Source: Hyphomicrobiales bacterium
GTDB lineage: Bacteria; Pseudomonadota; Alphaproteobacteria; Rhizobiales; Aestuariivirgaceae
Assembly: GCA_031430715.1 (NCBI GenBank)
Contig: JANPCA010000606.1
Coordinates: 1-52,451, forward strand
DNA: 52,451 bases
Direction: 5' to 3'
How positions within the stretch are numbered: position 1 is the stretch's first letter; each line of letters opens with the position of its first letter. Made by a program: the position numbers and the translations under genes. Under the pieces are notes generated by a model, which saw nothing but the letters and a program-made list of their open reading frames with translations, was not told the origin of the DNA and made no database searches. Below, one piece after another: positions 28,261 to 36,893 of this stretch.

Positions 28261-29067
28261 ATGACTGACGGAACACTGGAACTGACGGCCGGGGAGACAC
28301 CACCCGGGCTGCGGAACGGCGAGCGCCGCCGCGGCATCGACCGGGTCATCATGCTGCTCGAGGCCCTGCTGCAGCACCGCGCGCCGCTCAAGGCCGGCGA
28401 CATCGCCAAGCTGATCAACGCGCCGCGCTCCACCACCTATGAAATCGTCAACAGCCTGCTCGAAGCCGAGATGCTGGAGACGGTCGGCAATGACGGCCTC
28501 GTCTATTTCGGCCGCGCCATGCATCTCTTCGGCTGGGCCTATAGCCATCAGAACGCCCATTACCGCCGCATCATCGAAGCCCTGGATGGGCTCGCCGCGG
28601 AGACCGGCGAGACCGTGCAACTCTGCGGCTTGCGCGGCAACAAATATGCCGTGCTCGATTGCCGCGATTCGCCGGGTCCCTTCCGCATCTCGAGCGACGT
28701 GGGTGTCGAGGTGCCGATTCCCTGGACCGCCTCGGGCCGCCTGCTGCTCACCCACATGAGCGAGGACGAGGTGCGGGGGTTCATTCCGCCCGGCGACTTC
28801 CGCCTGCCCGACGGGCGCCTCATCCCGCAAGCGGATTTTCTGGCCGACATCGGAACGGCGCGCCGCCAGGACTACAGCGAGACCTCGAGCCTGGCTCACC
28901 GCTTCACCTGGTGCATGGCCGCCCCCATCCGCGGCAATGGCGGGCGGATCACCTTCACCCTCTGCTTCGTGCTGCCGGTCGACACCGGTCCCGAGCGGCG
29001 CGCCGAACTCCTGGGGCTGCTGCGCGAGCGCGCCACAGGACTTTCGCTCTCGGGCAGGCCAACATGA
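28261..29067 (+). CDS. IclR-family transcriptional regulator
   Basis: HTH IAKLINAPRSTTYEIVNSL, then ETGETVQL, WTASGRLLL and CMAAPI. The start is uncertain. Confidence 0.88.
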   Translation: MTDGTLELTAGETPPGLRNGERRRGIDRVIMLLEALLQHRAPLKAGDIAKLINAPRSTTYEIVNSLLEAEMLETVGNDGLVYFGRAMHLFGWAYSHQNAHYRRIIEALDGLAAETGETVQLCGLRGNKYAVLDCRDSPGPFRISSDVGVEVPIPWTASGRLLLTHMSEDEVRGFIPPGDFRLPDGRLIPQADFLADIGTARRQDYSETSSLAHRFTWCMAAPIRGNGGRITFTLCFVLPVDTGPERRAELLGLLRERATGLSLSGRPT

Positions 29068-29456
29068 CGCAAATCAATGACTCCGCGACGTTCCCCGGCC
29101 TTCACCCGCATTGATTTCGGCCGCATGGGAAAACAGCTGGGCCACATCATGTTTCCCCACTCTCCCAATGACGATGCCTGGGGTGTCACAAGGGTGCCCA
29201 TCGCGGTCATCGCCAATGGCACGGGGCCGACCGTGATCATCGCAGGCGGCAACCATAGGGAATCTTCGAGCCGTTCCACGAACTCGGAAGCGCGGTCAGC
29301 GCCGGTCAACCGGCCGGGCGCATTCACCGCATCTGGGAACCGTCCCATGTTCCCGAAGACCTTGTCTATGAGGCGGGCGGCATCCTCTACGCCCGCCGCC
29401 AGCCGGGCCGGGTGAAGCCCGGCAATTGCTGTCTTGCCGTTGCCTCGCCGCACTGA
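29064..29456 (+). pseudogene. Second aspartoacylase/desuccinylase gene, internally deleted and frameshifted
   Basis: 29077-29256 encodes IDFGRMGKQLG...VPIAVIANGTGPTVIIAGGNH. A shifted frame at 29259-29456 encodes GIFEPFHELGSAVSAGQPAGRIH...GILYARRQPGRVKPGNCCLAVASPH*, which aligns by eye with the C-terminus of the intact paralogue at 21517-22533. Confidence 0.8.
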
Positions 29457-29596
29457 CCGGCCCCTGATCTCGCGTGTCTCTATCATCGCCCGTGCCATCA
29501 TTTTGATGGCCATATGCGGGCCGCGGCGCTAATTTGCGTCACTGCCTTCGCTTCTGCGATATGCAGGTGCTGGAATTCTTTGAAAGAAACGCCACT

Positions 29597-30415
29597 TTGC
29601 CCACCCGCATCGACCGCCGCTTCGCGGCCCTCAAGTCCGCAGGCCGCGCCGCCCTCGTCACCTTCGTGACGGCGGGCGATCCCGACTACGAGACCTCGCT
29701 GAAGATCGTCGCGGGATTGCCAAATGCCGGAGCCGACGTCATCGAACTCGGCATGCCTTTCACCGATCCCATGGCCGACGGCCCGGCCATCCAGGCGGCG
29801 GGCCTGCGCGCGCTCGCCGCGGGCCAGACCATGAAGAAGACGCTGAAGCTGGTGAAGGATTTCCGCAAGGGCGACAACGATACGCCCATCGTGCTCATGG
29901 GCTATTACAATCCCATCTATGTCTATGGCGTGGACAAGTTCCTGAAAGATGCCAAGGCCGCCGGCGTCGATGGCCTCATCGTCGTCGATCTTCCGCCCGA
30001 GGAAGACGGCGAACTCTGCCTCCCGGCCATGGCGGCGGACTTGAATTTCATCCGCCTGACGACACCCACCACCGATGACGCCCGCGCCCCCGCCGTGTTC
30101 AAGCACACGTCCGGTTTCGTCTATTACGTTTCGGTGCTCGGCATCACTGGCACCAAAGCGCCGGACCTGAAAAGTGTCCAGTCCAACGTCAAGCGCCTGA
30201 AGAAACATACCAGCCTGCCGATCTGCGTCGGCTTCGGCGTCAAGACTGCCGAACAGGCCCGCGCCATTGCCAGGGACGCCGACGGAGTCGTGGTGGGTTC
30301 GGCCCTGGTGAGTGCCATCGCGCAGAGCCTCACAAAAGCCGGAAAGCCCACGTCAAGGACGCCCAGGGCCGTGCATGCGCTGGTCGCCGAAATCGCCCGC
30401 GGCGTGAGGAGTTAG
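29597..30415 (+). CDS. trpA: Tryptophan synthase alpha subunit
   Basis: Motifs [45 protein letters not shown] and [12 protein letters not shown] start inferred. Confidence 0.96.
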   Translation: MPTRIDRRFAALKSAGRAALVTFVTAGDPDYETSLKIVAGLPNAGADVIELGMPFTDPMADGPAIQAAGLRALAAGQTMKKTLKLVKDFRKGDNDTPIVLMGYYNPIYVYGVDKFLKDAKAAGVDGLIVVDLPPEEDGELCLPAMAADLNFIRLTTPTTDDARAPAVFKHTSGFVYYVSVLGITGTKAPDLKSVQSNVKRLKKHTSLPICVGFGVKTAEQARAIARDADGVVVGSALVSAIAQSLTKAGKPTSRTPRAVHALVAEIARGVRS

Positions 30416-30420
30416 ACCCG

Positions 30421-31323
30421 ATGAACTGGATCAAGAATTTCGTCCGCCCGAAAATCCGCTCGATCCTCGGCACCGACAAGCGCGAAGTGCCGGAGAACAT
30501 GTGGGTGAAGGACCCCGACTCAGGCCAGATGGTCTTCTACAAGGACCTCGAGGCCAACCAGTATGTCATGCCGCAGTCGAACTATCACATGCGCATGCCG
30601 CCCGATGTGCGCCTCAAATCCATGTTCGACGATGGCGCCTTCGAGAGGATCGCCATGCCCCAGGTGGCGGCCGATCCGCTGAAATTCCGCGACGAACGGC
30701 GCTATGCCGACCGCATCAAGGAGGCCCGCGCCAAGACCAGCGCCGATGACTGCATTCTGGCGGGCCATGGCTTGCTCGATGATTTCCCCGTCACCATCGC
30801 CGTTCAGGATTTCGCCTTCATGGGCGGCTCGCTTGGGCTGGCGGCGGGCGAAGCCATCATCACGGCGATGCGCGCCGCGGCGGCCAGGCGCAATCCCTTC
30901 ATCTTCTTCATTTCGTCAGGCGGTGCCCGCATGCAGGAGGGCGTGCTGTCGCTCATGCAGATGCCGCGCACCACGGTGGCCGTGCAGGAACTGCGCGCCG
31001 CCAACCTGCCCTATATCGTGGTGCTGACCCACCCGACCACCGGCGGCGTCACCGCCTCCTATGCCATGCTGGGCGACGTTCATATTTCAGAGCCGGCCGC
31101 CTTGATTGGCTTCGCGGGCCAGCGCGTCATCGAGCAGACCATCCGCGAGAAGCTCCCCGCCGGCTTCCAGCGCGCCGAGTATCTGCTGGAGCACGGCATG
31201 GTCGACATGGTCATCCACCGCCATCAGATGCGCGAGACCGTGAGCCGGATAGTCCGTATGCTGATGAAAGCCCCATCGCGCGAAGTGCCGTCCACGGCGC
31301 TGGTGCCGGCCGGCGCTGAGTAA
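30421..31323 (+). CDS. accD: Acetyl-CoA carboxylase carboxyltransferase beta subunit
   Basis: Motifs [31 protein letters not shown] and [11 protein letters not shown]; trpA-accD-folC synteny. Confidence 0.96.
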   Translation: MNWIKNFVRPKIRSILGTDKREVPENMWVKDPDSGQMVFYKDLEANQYVMPQSNYHMRMPPDVRLKSMFDDGAFERIAMPQVAADPLKFRDERRYADRIKEARAKTSADDCILAGHGLLDDFPVTIAVQDFAFMGGSLGLAAGEAIITAMRAAAARRNPFIFFISSGGARMQEGVLSLMQMPRTTVAVQELRAANLPYIVVLTHPTTGGVTASYAMLGDVHISEPAALIGFAGQRVIEQTIREKLPAGFQRAEYLLEHGMVDMVIHRHQMRETVSRIVRMLMKAPSREVPSTALVPAGAE

Positions 31324-31328
31324 TTCGA

Positions 31329-32657
31329 TTGGCCCTGAGCGACGCCATCCTGACGCGGCTGCTCTTCCTGCATCCGAAAATCATCGACCTCAGCCTCGAG
31401 CGCATGCACGCTATTCTGGCCAAGCTCGGGCATCCGGAGCAGAGCCTGCCGCCCGTCATCCACGTGGCGGGCACCAACGGCAAGGGTTCGACGGTGGCCT
31501 ATCTGCGCCACATCATGGAAGCGGCGGGTCTCAAGGTTCACGCCTACACCTCGCCCCATCTGGTGAAATTCCACGAACGCATCCGCGTGGCGGGCGATCT
31601 CATCACCGAGTCCGGTCTCAGCGCCCTTCTGGAAGAATGCGAGGCGGCCAACGGCCAGGAGCCCATCACCTTTTTCGAGATCACCACGGCGGCGGCCTTC
31701 CTGGCCTTCAGCCGTGACCCCGCCGACTATTTGATTCTCGAAGTGGGCTTGGGCGGCAGGCTCGATGCCACCAACGTCATCGATCGCCCGGCGGCAACGG
31801 TCATCACCACCATCGATTACGACCACCAGCAATATTTGGGGGACACGCTCTCTCTCATTGCCCGCGAGAAGGCGGGCATTCTCAAGCGCCGTGTGCCCGC
31901 CATCGTCGGTGCACAGCCAGCCGAAGCGCTGGCGGAAATCGAGCGCATCGCCCAGCGCAGCGGCAGCCCGCTCGCCATTTCGGGCCAGGAATGGCAGAGC
32001 TTCGAGCAGCATGGCCGCCTCGTCTACCAGGACGAGAACGGCCTCCTCGACCTGCCGCTGCCGCAGCTTAGAGGACGCCACCAGATCGACAATGCCGGCA
32101 ACGCCATCGCAACCATCCGTACACTGAATGATCGCCGCATCGGCGACGCCCACATCGCGCAAGGGCTGAAGTCCACGGCTTGGCCAGCCCGCATGCAGCG
32201 TCTGGGGCAGGGAGCATTGTCAGCGCTTGTTTCGCCGGAGTCGGAGCTCTGGCTCGACGGCGGGCACAATCCCTCGGCCGGACGCGTCGTGGCCCAGGCC
32301 TTCTCGGACTTGAACGACCGCCATTCGCGTCCCCTGGTGCTGATCTGGGGCATGCTGAACAGCAAGGATGCGGGGAGCTTCATCGGCTGCTTCGAAGGCG
32401 TCGCCAGCCGCGTCATCGCACTCACCATTCCGGACGAGGAAAACGCCATCGCCGCCGAGGCGCTGGCCGAGGCTGCAAGGAACCGCGGCCTTCCCGCCGA
32501 AACCGCCGCAAGCCTTGCAGCGGCATTGGCCCAGGCGGCTCTCACCGTGCCCGCACCCCGCATCTTGATCTGTGGCTCACTCTATCTCGCAGGCCGCGTG
32601 CTGGCTGCCCACGGACAAGGGGAAATGACCAGGGTGAGCGGCGCCGGCAGAAGGTAG
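31329..32657 (+). CDS. folC: Folylpolyglutamate synthase/dihydrofolate synthase
   Basis: Motifs HVAGTNGKGST, YTSPHL, EVGLGGRLDATN, LDGGHN and CGSLYLAG. Confidence 0.96.
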   Translation: MALSDAILTRLLFLHPKIIDLSLERMHAILAKLGHPEQSLPPVIHVAGTNGKGSTVAYLRHIMEAAGLKVHAYTSPHLVKFHERIRVAGDLITESGLSALLEECEAANGQEPITFFEITTAAAFLAFSRDPADYLILEVGLGGRLDATNVIDRPAATVITTIDYDHQQYLGDTLSLIAREKAGILKRRVPAIVGAQPAEALAEIERIAQRSGSPLAISGQEWQSFEQHGRLVYQDENGLLDLPLPQLRGRHQIDNAGNAIATIRTLNDRRIGDAHIAQGLKSTAWPARMQRLGQGALSALVSPESELWLDGGHNPSAGRVVAQAFSDLNDRHSRPLVLIWGMLNSKDAGSFIGCFEGVASRVIALTIPDEENAIAAEALAEAARNRGLPAETAASLAAALAQAALTVPAPRILICGSLYLAGRVLAAHGQGEMTRVSGAGRR

Positions 32658-32662
32658 TTGTC

Positions 32663-33073
32663 TCACGCCCAGGGATCGATGATCTCAAGCCCATCGATCG
32701 AAAAGTGCTTACCATTGCGCGTGGCAAGCGGACATTTGTGCCGAAGGGCGATGGCGGCGATCATGCCGTCTTGTGGCGCCATGTTTTGTCCCTTGCGTTG
32801 CGCCAGTCCCATGATGTGGCCATAGATCAGCGCCGACGCCTCATCGAAAACATGGAGCCGCTCGGCAAACCGTTGCAGCAGTTCGTCCAGATAGCTGCTC
32901 AGGTGTTTGGCGCGTTCCTGTGGGCGGATGCGCTCGATACCAAATGAAACTTCAGCGATCACGACGGTAGAGATGTGGAGGTGCTTTTCATGGGCGGCAA
33001 TCCATGCCATGACGCCCGGGTTTGGTTTTGGCCTGACGATTTCCGACACCAGATTCGTGTCGGCGAAAATCAC
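32663..33073 (-). CDS. vapC: VapC PIN-domain toxin
   Basis: Motifs DTNLVSE, IAEV..G, DGMIAAIA and LATRN.KHF. Confidence 0.92.
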   Translation of the reverse strand: MIFADTNLVSEIVRPKPNPGVMAWIAAHEKHLHISTVVIAEVSFGIERIRPQERAKHLSSYLDELLQRFAERLHVFDEASALIYGHIMGLAQRKGQNMAPQDGMIAAIALRHKCPLATRNGKHFSIDGLEIIDPWA

Positions 33074-33327
33074 AAATCGATCCCGCCGTGCGGCTTCCGG
33101 TTCTCGTCAATAATGGCCTGAAGATCGATATCCGTTCCGTATTCCCGGCTGAGCCGGGCGTAGAAATCCCCGGCGCTCTCCTTGGGCTCTTCCGGCTTTT
33201 CCTGGTGGGCATAAAGCTCAAGCGCCCGCTCCACCACTTGCGAGACACTGCGGCGTTCCTTCTTGGCCAGGCGATGGGCCAAATCACGCGCCCGCGCCGA
33301 GCGCACCGAAAGTTGCGGTTCTGCCAT
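33070..33327 (-). CDS. vapB: VapB-type (RHH-like) antitoxin
   Basis: 85 aa, QLSVRSARARDLAHRLAKKERRSVSQVVERALE; overlaps the vapC start (GTGA). Confidence 0.8.
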   Translation of the reverse strand: MAEPQLSVRSARARDLAHRLAKKERRSVSQVVERALELYAHQEKPEEPKESAGDFYARLSREYGTDIDLQAIIDENRKPHGGIDL

Positions 33328-33334
33328 GGACGGA

Positions 33335-33372
33335 ACAATAACAGAGCTGGCAGCTGCTGGCAAGAGCTGGCA
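33335..33372 (-). promoter_or_regulatory. Putative vapBC promoter/operator: three TGCCAGC repeats at 10-bp spacing plus a TATTGT -10-like box
   Basis: GCTGGCA on the + strand at 33346, 33356 and 33366. TATTGT on the - strand ends 7 nt before the ATG. Confidence 0.55.
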
Positions 33373-33379
33373 GTTACAG

Positions 33380-35407
33380 TTACCCCCGCCGCCGCTTCCG
33401 TCTCTCCCCGCCGTTATCCCCCATGGTGACGATCTCCTTGCGCGGCGGCAGGGTCACCACTTTCATCAGTTCGCTGAACACCGCCGTCTTGTGCGGGATG
33501 GCCATGGCTTCGACGAAGTGTTGCTGGAACTTGGGCTCGACCGCCGTTTCGACCTTCTCGATGCGGCGCACCACCGCCTCGATTTCGTCGCGGGCGGCGG
33601 AATTCAAGAGCGCGATGCGGGCGCCGGTGCCCGCCGCGTTGCCGGCACTCTGCACCTTCGACAGGTCGCAATCGGGGATCAACCCAAGGATCATCGCGTA
33701 TTTGACGTCGATGTGGCTGCCGAAGGCGCCGGCCAGTCTGATCTTGCCGACCGTCTCGATGCCGAGTTTATCCATCAGCAGGCGCACGCCCGCATAAAGT
33801 GCGGCCTTGCCGAGCTGGATGGCGCGCACGTCGTTCTGGGTGACGCGGATCATCGGCTCGCCGTGCCGGATCACATAGTTGAAGGTGCGCTTATAGGCCT
33901 CGATGCGTGGCGATTGCGCCGCCAGCGCGCCATCGACCAGGCCATCCTGATTGATGATGCCCGCCAGATACATTTCAGCGATCGCCTCGATGATGCCCGA
34001 GCCGCAGATGCCGGTGACCCCGGTCGCGGCGATGGCCTCTTCAAATCCCGCCTCGTCCGACCACAGATCGCAGCCGATGACCTTGTAGCGCGGTTCTAAT
34101 GTGACCGGATCGATGCGGATACGCTCGACGGCGCCGGGTGCGGCGCGTTGCCCGGATGAAATCTGCGCGCCTTCGAAGGCTGGCCCGGTGGGCGATGAAC
34201 AGGCGAGCAGCCGCGCCCTGGAGCCCAGCACGATTTCGGCATTGGTGCCGACATCGACCGCCAGCATGATGTCATCCGACTCGTGCGGCGCTTCGGAGAG
34301 CACCACGCCCGCCGTGTCGGCGCCCACATGCCCCGCGATACAGGGCAGCACATAGGCCCAGGCACCGGGGTTGAGCTTCAAGTCCAGTTCGCGGGCCGGC
34401 ACCGTGACCGGCAGGCCGGTGGCCAGAGCGAAGGGCGCGCCGCCAAGCTCGGTCGGATCTATGCCGAGAAGCAGGTGATGCATGACCGGATTGCCGACCA
34501 GCACCACTTCGAGAATGTCGTTCAGTTCGATGCCGCCGCTGAGCACCACTTCAGCGGCCAGCGTATTGAGCGCGGCACGAATGGCCACCGTCATTTCCTT
34601 CTCGCCGCCCGGATTCATCATCACATAGGAGACCCGGCTCATGAGGTCTTCGCCGAAGCGGATCTGCGGATTCATGAGGCCGGCGCTTGCCGTGACCTCG
34701 CCCGTCGACAGATTGGTCAAGTGCGCGGCAATCGTTGTGGAGCCGACATCGATGGCGATGCCGAAAGCCCGGTCATGGAAGCCCGGCCAGATCGACACGA
34801 GACGGTTGCCACCGCCGGGTGCACGTGAATAGATTGCCGCGGTGATCTTCCAGTCGCCCTTGCGCAGGGTCTTCTGCAATCCGGAGATGATCGACAGATC
34901 GCAGGTGACGCTGTCGATCTGCCACTGATCCATGAGCGCCTTGTAGACGCGTTCGAGATCGGAGGACGGCTTGTGCATGTCCGGCTCCTCGACCTCGATG
35001 AAGCACAGCCTCGTGCAGGGATCGAGTTCGATGGCCCGCGTATCGGCCTCCTTGCGCACCACTTGTTTGTGCACTTGGGATTCGGGTGGCACATCGATGA
35101 CCAGATCGCCGATGATCTGCGTCTGACATGAGAGCCTGCGTCCACTCGTCAGTCCACGGAGTTTGTCGTAGCGCTCCTCGACCTTGGAGAATTCCGAGAC
35201 ATGCGACGCGGTCGACATAATGCCATGCTTGGCGAATTCGCCCTCGGCCACCACAATCTGGCAGCGCCCGCAAATCGCCCTTCCGCCGCACACCGAATCG
35301 ATGTCGACGCCCAGCGACCGCGCCGCCTGCAACACCGGCGTTCCAAGAGGAAAGCGCCCGCGTTTGCCCGACGGCGTGAAGACGATGAGGGGATCGGTGT
35401 TAGTCAT
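33380..35407 (-). CDS. ASKHA-type reductive activator of corrinoid proteins (RACo/RamA-like, DUF4445) with an N-terminal 2Fe-2S domain
   Basis: Motifs CGGRAICGRC..RRLSC, DVGSTT, FGEDLMSR, DVGTNAE, GPAFEG, GICGSG and LAGAFG. Confidence 0.92.
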   Translation of the reverse strand: MTNTDPLIVFTPSGKRGRFPLGTPVLQAARSLGVDIDSVCGGRAICGRCQIVVAEGEFAKHGIMSTASHVSEFSKVEERYDKLRGLTSGRRLSCQTQIIGDLVIDVPPESQVHKQVVRKEADTRAIELDPCTRLCFIEVEEPDMHKPSSDLERVYKALMDQWQIDSVTCDLSIISGLQKTLRKGDWKITAAIYSRAPGGGNRLVSIWPGFHDRAFGIAIDVGSTTIAAHLTNLSTGEVTASAGLMNPQIRFGEDLMSRVSYVMMNPGGEKEMTVAIRAALNTLAAEVVLSGGIELNDILEVVLVGNPVMHHLLLGIDPTELGGAPFALATGLPVTVPARELDLKLNPGAWAYVLPCIAGHVGADTAGVVLSEAPHESDDIMLAVDVGTNAEIVLGSRARLLACSSPTGPAFEGAQISSGQRAAPGAVERIRIDPVTLEPRYKVIGCDLWSDEAGFEEAIAATGVTGICGSGIIEAIAEMYLAGIINQDGLVDGALAAQSPRIEAYKRTFNYVIRHGEPMIRVTQNDVRAIQLGKAALYAGVRLLMDKLGIETVGKIRLAGAFGSHIDVKYAMILGLIPDCDLSKVQSAGNAAGTGARIALLNSAARDEIEAVVRRIEKVETAVEPKFQQHFVEAMAIPHKTAVFSELMKVVTLPPRKEIVTMGDNGGERRKRRRG

Positions 35408-35431
35408 AATTCTTCCTCGCCCTCACCCGTT

Positions 35432-35528
35432 TGTCTTCCCCGGGCTTGTCCCGGGGACCCATTGCGCAACAGACGCGACGGGTGAGAATGTGGCACCATG
35501 GGTCGCCGGAATAAATCCGGCGATGACA
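35432..35528. repeat. REP-type palindromic element (GTC..CCCGGGCTTGTCCCGGG..CCA / TGG..CCGG..CCGG.GATGAC family)
   Basis: TGTCTTCCCCGGGCTTGTCCCGGGGACCCA ... TGGGTCGCCGGAATAAATCCGGCGATGACA: two hairpins in inverted orientation, intergenic. Confidence 0.8.
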
Positions 35529-35538
35529 GGTTTGGTGG

Positions 35539-36498
35539 CTAGCTTCTCCTTCGTCTTTCCTCGCGCGCCTTGCGCCGCGCCTCGATGTCCTCGTTCGACG
35601 AAATCTCGCCCGCCGCCTGGGCCGCCGCCGATGGCGCCGCCGTCATCTCGCGGAAGCGGTTCGTCCAGAACTTGCAGTTCCGGTCGGTGCCGTTCAGCAC
35701 ATTGGCGCCGAAGATGGCATGCATGTCTTCGTCATGCAGCGGGTTCATGATAGCGGATGTCATGCCGTGACTCGCCGCCATGGCGAGAAAATAGCCGGTC
35801 AGTGCGCGCCTATTCGGCATGCCGAAGGCGATGTTGGAGGCGCCGCAGGTGGTGTTGACCTTCAACTCCTCGCGCAGGCGGCGCACCAGGCGGAACACCT
35901 GCTGACCCGCCGTGCCCATGGCGCCGATCGGCATGACCAGCGGATCGACGACGATGTCACGGGGCTTGATGCCATAGTCGGCGGCGCGCTCGACGATTTT
36001 CTTGGCGACCGCGAAACGCACATCCGGGTCTTCCGAAATACCAGTCTCGTCATTCGAGATGGCCACGACCGCCACATTGTATTTGGCGATCAGCGGCAGA
36101 ATGGCTTCGAGCTTTTCCTCTTCGCCGGTGACCGAATTGACCAATGGCCGGCCCTTGGCGGTTTCAAGTCCGGCCTTCAGCGCCGAAGTGACGGAACTAT
36201 CGATGCACAGCGGAATATCGGTCAGCGACTGCACGATCTCCAGCGTCTGACGCAGCAGCGGCGGCTCGGTCTCCTTGGGGTTGACGGCGGTGACCCCGGC
36301 GTTGACATCGAGGATATGGGCACCCGCCGCGACCTGCGCCAGCGCATCGCGGATGATGGTATCGAAATTGCCCGCCTGCATTTCGGCGGCGAGTTTCTTG
36401 CGGCCCGTCGGGTTGATGCGCTCGCCGATCACCGTGAAGGGCCGGTCGAAGCCGATGATGTGCTCGCGCGTGGCGGAGGCAACGAGGGTATGGGTCAT
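35539..36498 (-). CDS. Methyltetrahydrofolate:corrinoid methyltransferase (stand-alone MetH pterin-binding/AcsE-like domain)
   Basis: Motifs IGERINPTGRKKL, LDVNAG, CIDSS, LVNSVTGE, DPLVMP and GASNIAFGMP.R. Confidence 0.9.
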   Translation of the reverse strand: MTHTLVASATREHIIGFDRPFTVIGERINPTGRKKLAAEMQAGNFDTIIRDALAQVAAGAHILDVNAGVTAVNPKETEPPLLRQTLEIVQSLTDIPLCIDSSVTSALKAGLETAKGRPLVNSVTGEEEKLEAILPLIAKYNVAVVAISNDETGISEDPDVRFAVAKKIVERAADYGIKPRDIVVDPLVMPIGAMGTAGQQVFRLVRRLREELKVNTTCGASNIAFGMPNRRALTGYFLAMAASHGMTSAIMNPLHDEDMHAIFGANVLNGTDRNCKFWTNRFREMTAAPSAAAQAAGEISSNEDIEARRKAREERRRRS

Positions 36499-36794
36499 TG
36501 GGCTTTGCCTCCATTGGCAATGAGGGTCTTGAGAGCGTCTTGGCCGAAACGGGCTTCGAGATCGGCCTTGGCCCTCTCGACTTCGGCAGCCATGTCGTCG
36601 CCAACCGTCACCGGTTCCGAGCGCCGCCAGCCGGCCAGGTAGTCATCGGTGTTGGAGGCCTGCCCACGCATCGCCGCCATGTCGATCGCTTCCATGAAGC
36701 GGTTGTCGAGCATGCGCTTTTCTTCCCTGCGCCCGATCTTGACTGAAACGGCGGAGGGAATGTCGCGCCAGTAGGTGATAATCAAATTGGCCAT
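36495..36794 (-). CDS. Small Virulence_fact-domain protein (corrinoid/folate cluster associated)
   Basis: Motifs YWRDIP..V, RF..AID.AAM and DDYLAGWRR; coupled to the methyltransferase by an ATGA overlap. Confidence 0.8.
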   Translation of the reverse strand: MANLIITYWRDIPSAVSVKIGRREEKRMLDNRFMEAIDMAAMRGQASNTDDYLAGWRRSEPVTVGDDMAAEVERAKADLEARFGQDALKTLIANGGKAQ

Positions 36795-36893
36795 GATGCG
36801 AGCCTCTATGCCCTGTTCGGCGCGCGCCAGATAGCCTGAAAACGACATCCCGCCAAGGCCGGACGAAATTCACGGTTGCGAGGCCAGACGGCG

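Noticed and set aside
28896-29513. 205-aa minus-strand ORF and the tail of the 29077-29415 ORF
   Set aside because: The region is explained by the frameshifted deacylase remnant on the + strand.
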